Shown here: positions 26,312 to 32,000 of the stretch, piece after piece | How positions within the stretch are numbered: position 1 is the first letter of the stretch | Layout: every line of letters begins with the position of its first letter | DNA from: Bifidobacterium longum subsp. longum JCM 1217 | GTDB lineage: Bacteria; Actinomycetota; Actinomycetes; Actinomycetales; Bifidobacteriaceae | Direction: 5' to 3' | NCBI RefSeq assembly: GCF_000196555.1 | Contig: NC_015067.1 | Span: 720,001-752,000, forward strand | Length of the DNA stretch: 32,000 bases | The notes under the pieces: model-generated | What the model saw: the letters and a program-made list of their open reading frames with translations, nothing else | Told to the model about the DNA's origin: nothing | The model's database searches: none | Position numbers and translations under genes: made by a program

Positions 26312-27093
26312 GTGGTGTTACCGACAGCCACAAAACGGCTGCGTCAGTTCAGTCCGAAAAATCAGTGGAATCCGCCGAGCCCGCCGAAATCGTTGCCGTC
26401 ACCCAAGGCGAAACCGAACGGCGCATGTCTGACCTGTCCGCGCCGGCCGGGGCCAGCAGCCATGGCAAAGGCAGGCTTTCCGCACGCGGCAACTGGCATA
26501 CGCGCCTGCGCGTCGGCATCATGGGCGGCACGTTCGACCCGATTCACAACGGCCACTTGGTCGCCGCCTCCGAAGTAGCTTGGGTATACGACCTCGATGA
26601 GGTGATTTTCGTACCCACCGGCCGACCTGTGTTCAAGCTGGACAAGCACGTCACCAACGCCGAAGATCGGTATCTGATGACTGTGATCGCCACCGCATCC
26701 AACCCCAAATTCACCGTCTCGCGTGTCGACATCGACCGTCCGGGCGTCACCTACACCATCGACACCCTGCGCGATATCCGCGCCCAACATCCCGACGCCG
26801 AGCTGTTCTTCATCACCGGCGCAGACGCCGTGGCCGAAATTATGCAGTGGAAGGACGCCGACCTCATGTGGGACCTCGCCCACTTCGTGGCCGTCACGCG
26901 CCCCGGCTACTCCAGTCCGGACGGCGTGACCTTGCCCGAAGGAAAGGTCGATACGCTTGAGATCCCGGCCTTGGCCATCTCTTCGACCGATGTACGCCGC
27001 CGCGCCGAACACGACGAGCCGGTCTGGTATCTGGTGCCTGACGGCGTGGTGCAATACATCGGCAAGCATGGTCTGTATTCATACGAGGACTGA
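26308..27093 (+). CDS. nadD: Nicotinate-nucleotide adenylyltransferase
   Basis: [14 protein letters not shown] ((H/T)xGH motif), [15 protein letters not shown] (ISxT motif). About 65 residues precede the core. ATG 26425 is an alternative start. Confidence 0.9.
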   Translation: MSGVTDSHKTAASVQSEKSVESAEPAEIVAVTQGETERRMSDLSAPAGASSHGKGRLSARGNWHTRLRVGIMGGTFDPIHNGHLVAASEVAWVYDLDEVIFVPTGRPVFKLDKHVTNAEDRYLMTVIATASNPKFTVSRVDIDRPGVTYTIDTLRDIRAQHPDAELFFITGADAVAEIMQWKDADLMWDLAHFVAVTRPGYSSPDGVTLPEGKVDTLEIPALAISSTDVRRRAEHDEPVWYLVPDGVVQYIGKHGLYSYED

Positions 27094-27130
27094 CGATTCG
27101 TACGAGGACTAGTGTGCATTTGTACGAGGG

Positions 27131-27174
27131 CTGGTGAGGATTAGCGCGAATCAGTGCGCATCAATCCTCACCAG
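27131..27174. terminator. Long-stem hairpin between convergent nadD and the GH3 gene
   Basis: CTGGTGAGGATT (27131-27142) pairs with AATCCTCACCAG (27163-27174). The 20-nt loop contains a GCGC...GCGC inner stem. No strong U-tract. Confidence 0.5.
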
Positions 27175-27190
27175 TGCAAAGGATAAGCAG

Positions 27191-28474
27191 TCAGGCCAGT
27201 CCCATCTTGATTTTCAATGCCATTACGCGAGTCGCCGCCGCCGTCACTTTCGAAGCGAAAGCCGGATCGGACTTCGCCCGTTCGTTGAGGCCGTCCACAA
27301 TTGGCTTTACGTAATCCGTCTGACCGATGCAGGACATGTCGCCGCCCGCCTCGACAAGCTTTACTCCCAATTGGCTTACATCGTAGCTGCTTAACGCTTC
27401 GGCAGACATCGAATCCGAAATCACCACGCCCGTGTACTTCAGGGCGTTGCGAATATGACCGTCGATAATCGTAGAAGAAAACACCGCCGGATTATTCGGG
27501 TCGATGGATTGATATGTGGCCAACGACATCATCAACATTGCAGGATCGGCCTTGGTAATCGCCTGGTCAAAGGCACCTGCCTCGGCCCCGTCCAACGTGG
27601 TGGTCGTATCCAGAATGCCTTCGGTGGTGAAGTCGGTATTGCCGCTTACCGCGCCCAACCCAGGATAATGTTTGACCGCCGCACCGACTTGAGCGTCTCG
27701 CAAACCTTCAATAACGGCGATGCCATGTTCGGCGTTGCCGGCCGCATCCAATCCGAAATCACGATCCAGCGCGCCAATCGGAGCATTTGAGGCACGATTG
27801 CCAACCACTGTGCCAAGCACCGGTGCCAAATCGACATTTATGCCAGCAGCAGCTAATTGCGAACCCCACGTGCCTGCCGATTGGCGCAATGCGTCAGCGG
27901 ACATTGTGCCCTGCTCAACGGCACTGGGCATTGTGTCGAAACCGGTACCAGTCAGATGCTGTACCTGACCACCCTCCTGATCGGTGGCGATGATGAGACG
28001 ATTGCCGGCCGGCGCATATCCTTGGAGTTGCGCGGTCGCGGTCTTGACCGTATCGACGCCGGTATTCCAATTGCCAATGAGAATGGCCGAGCCAATGTGT
28101 TCGTCGGCGATTGTTGAAGCCAACGAGGAGGGTTCGGAACCGGCGAACAACGGCACCATCACTAACTGTCCCACACGTTCCTCAAGCGTCATGGCGGATA
28201 CCGCACGTTGGGCTTGTGCCGCCGGATCGTCGTTCTTCTTCGGGGAAGGAACGTCGGTGCGCGGTAACGCACTCGTCTGGGAGGTCTGGGGAGTGGTGGT
28301 GTTGCCGTTTGATGTGGATTTGGCGAACCATCCGACATGCCATCCGTAGACTGCCACACCGGCCAACACCACCGCCAAAGCACATATTGCCGCCACGATT
28401 GGAATGCTCCTGTGCCGAAGTTGGCGTGTGGCGTGTGCTGAGGGACGCATATGTTGTGGCCGTTGTCTGTTCAT
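27191..28474 (-). CDS. Glycoside hydrolase family 3 N-terminal-domain protein (NagZ/LpqI-like beta-N-acetylhexosaminidase), membrane anchored
   Basis: ATDQEGGQVQH, INVDLAPVLG, KHYPGLG, VVISDSMS. N-terminal hydrophobic helix IPIVAAICALAVVLAGVAVYGW, then a T/S/P-rich linker. Confidence 0.85.
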   Translation of the reverse strand: MNRQRPQHMRPSAHATRQLRHRSIPIVAAICALAVVLAGVAVYGWHVGWFAKSTSNGNTTTPQTSQTSALPRTDVPSPKKNDDPAAQAQRAVSAMTLEERVGQLVMVPLFAGSEPSSLASTIADEHIGSAILIGNWNTGVDTVKTATAQLQGYAPAGNRLIIATDQEGGQVQHLTGTGFDTMPSAVEQGTMSADALRQSAGTWGSQLAAAGINVDLAPVLGTVVGNRASNAPIGALDRDFGLDAAGNAEHGIAVIEGLRDAQVGAAVKHYPGLGAVSGNTDFTTEGILDTTTTLDGAEAGAFDQAITKADPAMLMMSLATYQSIDPNNPAVFSSTIIDGHIRNALKYTGVVISDSMSAEALSSYDVSQLGVKLVEAGGDMSCIGQTDYVKPIVDGLNERAKSDPAFASKVTAAATRVMALKIKMGLA

Positions 28475-28568
28475 AGCGGCAAGCGTAGAACAGAGCGTAG
28501 AACAGGATGTTGCCTCATTCTGTGCTCAGGGCATAACCGACCTCCCGCCCTTTCGATAGGCTTGAGTT

Positions 28569-31500
28569 ATGTCTTTTAACGATCCTTTCTCAGTACTGTT
28601 CGGCAATGGCGGCGATTCACGACGCAACAATGCGAACAATGACGATCCGATCATCCTCGATGTCGAGGCCGATGGGGACGGTCCGGCCCACAACACCAAC
28701 GCTGGCCCCTCCGGGTCATCCCGCCCTCCACGTGGTCCGGCCAATCCGCGTATCACCCGTAAGCCAGCGTCCGGTGGCTCAGGAGCCAGCCGTGGCAGCA
28801 AGATTCTGATCGGCGTGGTGCTGGCCTTGGCCATCATCGTCGGTCTGTTCTTCGGCCTGTCCCGATTCATCACCGATCTGATGTGGTACGGCCAGCTCGG
28901 CTTCCAGTCCGTGGTCTGGACCCAGCTCGGGGTGAAAATCGGTCTGTGGGTGGCCTACGCGCTGCTCATGGCCCTGACCGGCTTCGTTTCCGCCTGGCTG
29001 GCCATTCGAGCACGCCCTGATTCGGCCGACGGTTCCACCATTCGCATTAACGGCGATGTGGTCGAGGTCGGCAAATCCGTCAGCTCGAAAACCGCTCGCC
29101 GCGTGGCCGTGGTGATTTCGCTGATCGTCGGCGTCATCTTCGGTTCCCAGTTTAACGCGAACTGGAGCGAGATTCTGCTCATGTTCAACGCGCAGTCGTT
29201 CGGCACCACCGATCCGCAGTTCGGTCTGGACAACGGCTTCTACGTGTTCGTGCTGCCGGGCCTGAAGCTCGTGCTCGCCGCCGTGGCCATGCTGCTGGGC
29301 GTGGGCCTTGTGTTTTCCGTGGTCACGCATGTGCTGATGGGCGGTATCCGCATTACCATGCCGGTTAACGGACGCGGCCTGTTCTCCATTACCAAGCGTT
29401 GCCGTCGCCAGCTTGGCATCTGGCTGATGCTCAACATGTTCGCTTGGGCAGTGCGCCAGATGATTGGCGTCTTCGACCAGCTCACCGTGCAGGGTTCACG
29501 CATCACCGGTGCCTCCTACACCGCCGTACATGCCAACATCCCCGTCACCTTCATCATGGCCGTGCTGACCGCCATCCTCGGCGTGGTGCTGGGCATCTGG
29601 CTCATGCGCTCCCACACGCTCGAAGGCCAGGCGTCCATCGGCGTGCGCGCTTCCGCCGCGCTCAAGGCCTGGCGTGTGCCGGTGACCTCCATTGCCGTCG
29701 TGGTCGTGGTGGGTCTTGTGCTCACCGTGGCATGGCCGGTGCTGTTGCAACGCTTCCGCGTCAACCCGAACGCACAGGAGATGGAATCCACCTACATCCA
29801 GCGCAACATCGACGCCACCCGCGCCGCCTACGGTCTTGACAAGCTCAAGACCGAGCAATACAAGGTGACCGACAAGGGTGAGCAGGGCGCTCTGGCCAAG
29901 GAGGCCGACACCACCGCGCAGATCCGTCTGCTCGACCCGCAGGTCGTCAGCCCCACGTTCAAACAGTTGCAGCAGTCCAAGCAGTACTACACCTTCGCCG
30001 ACACCCTGGCGGTCGACAAGTACGAGATTGACGGCGTCTCCCAGGACACCGTGATTGCCGCCCGCGAGCTCGATCTGGCCGGCAATGACAACCGCAACTG
30101 GGTCAATGACCACACCGTGTACACCCACGGTTACGGCGTGGTGGCCGCCTACGGCAACAAGGTGACCTCCGACGGCCAGCCCGAATTCTTCGAATCCGGC
30201 ATCCCCACCCAGGGCAAGCTCACCGAATCCGAAAAGTACGAGCCTCGCATCTACTTCTCGCCGAACACCACCGAATACTCGATTGTCGGTGCCCCTGAAG
30301 GCACGCAGGCTTGGGAGTTCGACTACCCGACCGGTTCGGAAGGTGCTCTGACCACGTTCAAGGGCGACGGCGGCCCTTCGGTCGGCAACCTGTTCTCCAG
30401 GATTCTCTACGCGATCCGCTTCGGCTCCGATCAGATTCTCTTCTCCGACCGTGTGACCAGCGAATCGCAGATTCTCTACGATCGTTCCCCCAAGGAGCGC
30501 GTGGCCAAGGTGGCACCGTACCTGACGCTTGACGGCCGCGTGTATCCGGCCGTGGTCGATGGCCGCGTCAAGTGGATCGTCGACGGCTACACCACCTCCG
30601 ACGCCTACCCGTACTCGCAAATAACCGACCTCGGCTCCGCCACCAAGGATTCCACCACCGTCTCTTCCGCAACGGTCTCGTCCCTGGGCTCTCAGAAGGC
30701 CAACTACATCCGCAACTCGGTCAAGGCCACCGTGGACGCCTACGACGGTTCCGTGGACCTGTACGTGTGGGATCAATCCGATCCGGTGATCAAGGCATGG
30801 GAGAAGATCTTCCCTGGCCAGTACCACCAGCTCTCCGATATCTCCGGCGACCTGATGAGCCACATGCGCTACCCGGAAAGCCTGTTCAAGGTACAGCGCG
30901 AGCTGCTCTCCAAGTACCACGTGACCTCTGCCAGCCAGTACTACTCAGGCGAAGACTTCTGGCAGACGCCGGTCGATCCGACCGAATCCCAGTCCCAGCA
31001 GGACCAGGACATCCTGCAGCCGCCGTACTACCTGACCTTGCAGACCGGTGGCACCGAGGAACCGGTGTTCTCGCTGACCTCCACCTACATTCCGGCTGGC
31101 CAGTCCACCCGTGAGATCCTGACCGGCTTCCTGTCGGTCGACTCGGATGCCGGCAATGAGAAGGGCAAGATAGGCTCGAACTACGGCACCATCCGATTGC
31201 AGGAGCTGCCCAAGGATTCGAACGTACCGGGCCCCGGCCAGGCGCAGAACAACTTCAACGCCAACGCCGATGTATCCAAGGAACTGAACCTGCTGCAATC
31301 CGGCGACACGCAAGTGGTGCGCGGCAACCTGCTCACCCTGCCGCTCGGTGGCGGACTGGTGTACGTGCAGCCCGTGTACGTCAAGTCTTCGGGTGCGACT
31401 TCATTCCCGCTGCTCAAGAAGACGCTGGTCGCGTTCGGTGATCAGGTAGGATTTGCGGATACGTTGGATGAGGCCTTGGATCAGGTGTTCGGTGGTGATT

Positions 31501-31808
31501 CCGGCGCGGCCGCAGGCGATGCCGAGAACGTGTCCGGTGACGGATCGTCTGGTGACCAGTCGTCCGGCATATCCGGTGACCAATCTGGTTCCGATACCAA
31601 TGGTGGCCAGTCCGGCACCACGGACGGCAAGTCGGATTCCGGCTCGTCTTCCGACCGTAGCCCCGAACTCCAGCAGGCGCTGAACGATGCCGCCCAAGCC
31701 ATGAAGGACAGCCAGTCCGCCATGAAGAACGGCGACTGGACCGCCTACGGCAAGGCGCAGAAGGAGCTTGAAGACGCCCTCAACAAGGCCATCGAGCTCG
31801 ACAAGTAG
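28569..31808 (+). CDS. UPF0182-family large membrane protein
   Basis: 1079 aa. Disordered N-terminus, about 7 TM helices, then a large extracytoplasmic domain with MRYPESLFKVQRELLSKYHV and LLTLPLGGGLVYVQPVY segments, as I remember for UPF0182 proteins (e.g. mycobacterial Rv3193c family). G/S/D-rich linker and helical C-terminus. Confidence 0.88.
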   Translation: MSFNDPFSVLFGNGGDSRRNNANNDDPIILDVEADGDGPAHNTNAGPSGSSRPPRGPANPRITRKPASGGSGASRGSKILIGVVLALAIIVGLFFGLSRFITDLMWYGQLGFQSVVWTQLGVKIGLWVAYALLMALTGFVSAWLAIRARPDSADGSTIRINGDVVEVGKSVSSKTARRVAVVISLIVGVIFGSQFNANWSEILLMFNAQSFGTTDPQFGLDNGFYVFVLPGLKLVLAAVAMLLGVGLVFSVVTHVLMGGIRITMPVNGRGLFSITKRCRRQLGIWLMLNMFAWAVRQMIGVFDQLTVQGSRITGASYTAVHANIPVTFIMAVLTAILGVVLGIWLMRSHTLEGQASIGVRASAALKAWRVPVTSIAVVVVVGLVLTVAWPVLLQRFRVNPNAQEMESTYIQRNIDATRAAYGLDKLKTEQYKVTDKGEQGALAKEADTTAQIRLLDPQVVSPTFKQLQQSKQYYTFADTLAVDKYEIDGVSQDTVIAARELDLAGNDNRNWVNDHTVYTHGYGVVAAYGNKVTSDGQPEFFESGIPTQGKLTESEKYEPRIYFSPNTTEYSIVGAPEGTQAWEFDYPTGSEGALTTFKGDGGPSVGNLFSRILYAIRFGSDQILFSDRVTSESQILYDRSPKERVAKVAPYLTLDGRVYPAVVDGRVKWIVDGYTTSDAYPYSQITDLGSATKDSTTVSSATVSSLGSQKANYIRNSVKATVDAYDGSVDLYVWDQSDPVIKAWEKIFPGQYHQLSDISGDLMSHMRYPESLFKVQRELLSKYHVTSASQYYSGEDFWQTPVDPTESQSQQDQDILQPPYYLTLQTGGTEEPVFSLTSTYIPAGQSTREILTGFLSVDSDAGNEKGKIGSNYGTIRLQELPKDSNVPGPGQAQNNFNANADVSKELNLLQSGDTQVVRGNLLTLPLGGGLVYVQPVYVKSSGATSFPLLKKTLVAFGDQVGFADTLDEALDQVFGGDSGAAAGDAENVSGDGSSGDQSSGISGDQSGSDTNGGQSGTTDGKSDSGSSSDRSPELQQALNDAAQAMKDSQSAMKNGDWTAYGKAQKELEDALNKAIELDK

Positions 31809-31821
31809 TTCCGACAGGAAT

Positions 31822-31871
31822 TGGCTCCCCTCAGGGTGAGGGGAGCCATCGCCGAAGGCGACTGAAGGGAG
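31822..31871. repeat. Intergenic two-hairpin GC-rich repeat element, copy 4
   Basis: TGGCTCCCCTC(31822-31832)/agggt/GAGGGGAGCCA(31838-31848), TCGCC(31849-31853)/gaa/GGCGA(31857-31861), then CTGAAGGGAG. Same module order as 691-737. Confidence 0.7.
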
Positions 31872-31889
31872 TCGGTTACCTCAACTGAC

Positions 31890-31920
31890 ATAGCCCGTCC
31901 TTATCATAAGGACGGGCTAT
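31890..31920 (+). terminator. Intrinsic terminator downstream of the UPF0182 gene
   Basis: ATAGCCCGTCCTTA/tca/TAAGGACGGGCTAT, a 14-bp stem, followed by TTGCGTATT. Confidence 0.75.
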
Positions 31921-31941
31921 TTGCGTATTCAAAGGAACCTC

Positions 31942-32000
31942 ATGCCATACACCTTCCGTCCGGCCGTCGAATCCGACGTCCAAGCCATCGCCGACATCTA
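31942..32000 (+). CDS. Start of a probable GNAT-type acetyltransferase (3' end outside window)
   Basis: AAAGGAA SD, then ATG 31942. MPYTFRPAVESDVQAIADI resembles the typical GNAT N-terminus (xIRxAxxxDxxxI). Only 19 codons are visible. Confidence 0.35.
   Translation, partial: MPYTFRPAVESDVQAIADI

Noticed and set aside
29496-30920. 474-aa minus-strand ORF inside the UPF0182 gene
   Set aside because: Antisense shadow ORF with G/V/A/L/H-rich composition. The plus frame is continuous for 1079 aa with TM helices and family motifs.

Overview
High-GC (roughly 60%) actinobacterial chromosome segment. Gene order and protein sequences look like a Bifidobacterium core-genome region; this is an inference, as no search was run. 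I can support 29 protein-coding regions. I see no rRNA, tRNA, CRISPR array, transposase or integrase. Left to right: thiazole genes (thiG partial, thiF-like adenylyltransferase, stand-alone rhodanese); an HD-hydrolase plus membrane-protein pair; then the conserved actinobacterial tyrS...tlyA / nadK-recN neighbourhood. That neighbourhood is interrupted here by a minus-strand block (Cys-rich beta-helix/bactofilin-like gene, trkA, trkH). Next come a HAD phosphatase; a YtrA-type GntR regulator with an ABC ATPase and two paralogous ABC-2 membrane proteins; a convergent Ca-type P-type ATPase; and thrC. A serine hydroxymethyltransferase gene follows that has lost about 200 central codons in frame, including the PLP-lysine core. 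Then proA, an acidic unknown protein and nadD (linked by ATGA overlaps); a membrane-anchored GH3 hydrolase; a 1079-aa UPF0182 membrane protein; and the start of a probable acetyltransferase. Most worth a second look: (1) the glyA remnant; (2) the 595-aa charge-block protein next to tyrS (basic GFKPR repeats, RRDFRRD polyampholyte repeats, TPR-like core, acidic tail); (3) the lower-GC beta-helix gene whose 3' end overlaps tlyA; (4) a recurring two-hairpin intergenic repeat family; (5) a 0.5-kb lower-GC non-coding gap; (6) a riboswitch-like leader upstream of the glyA remnant. I do not see a clear-cut novel multi-gene system such as a defence island. The best candidate for an undescribed functional module is the tyrS-linked set (charge-block protein, HAD-IIA, microprotein, TlyA), offered as a hypothesis only.
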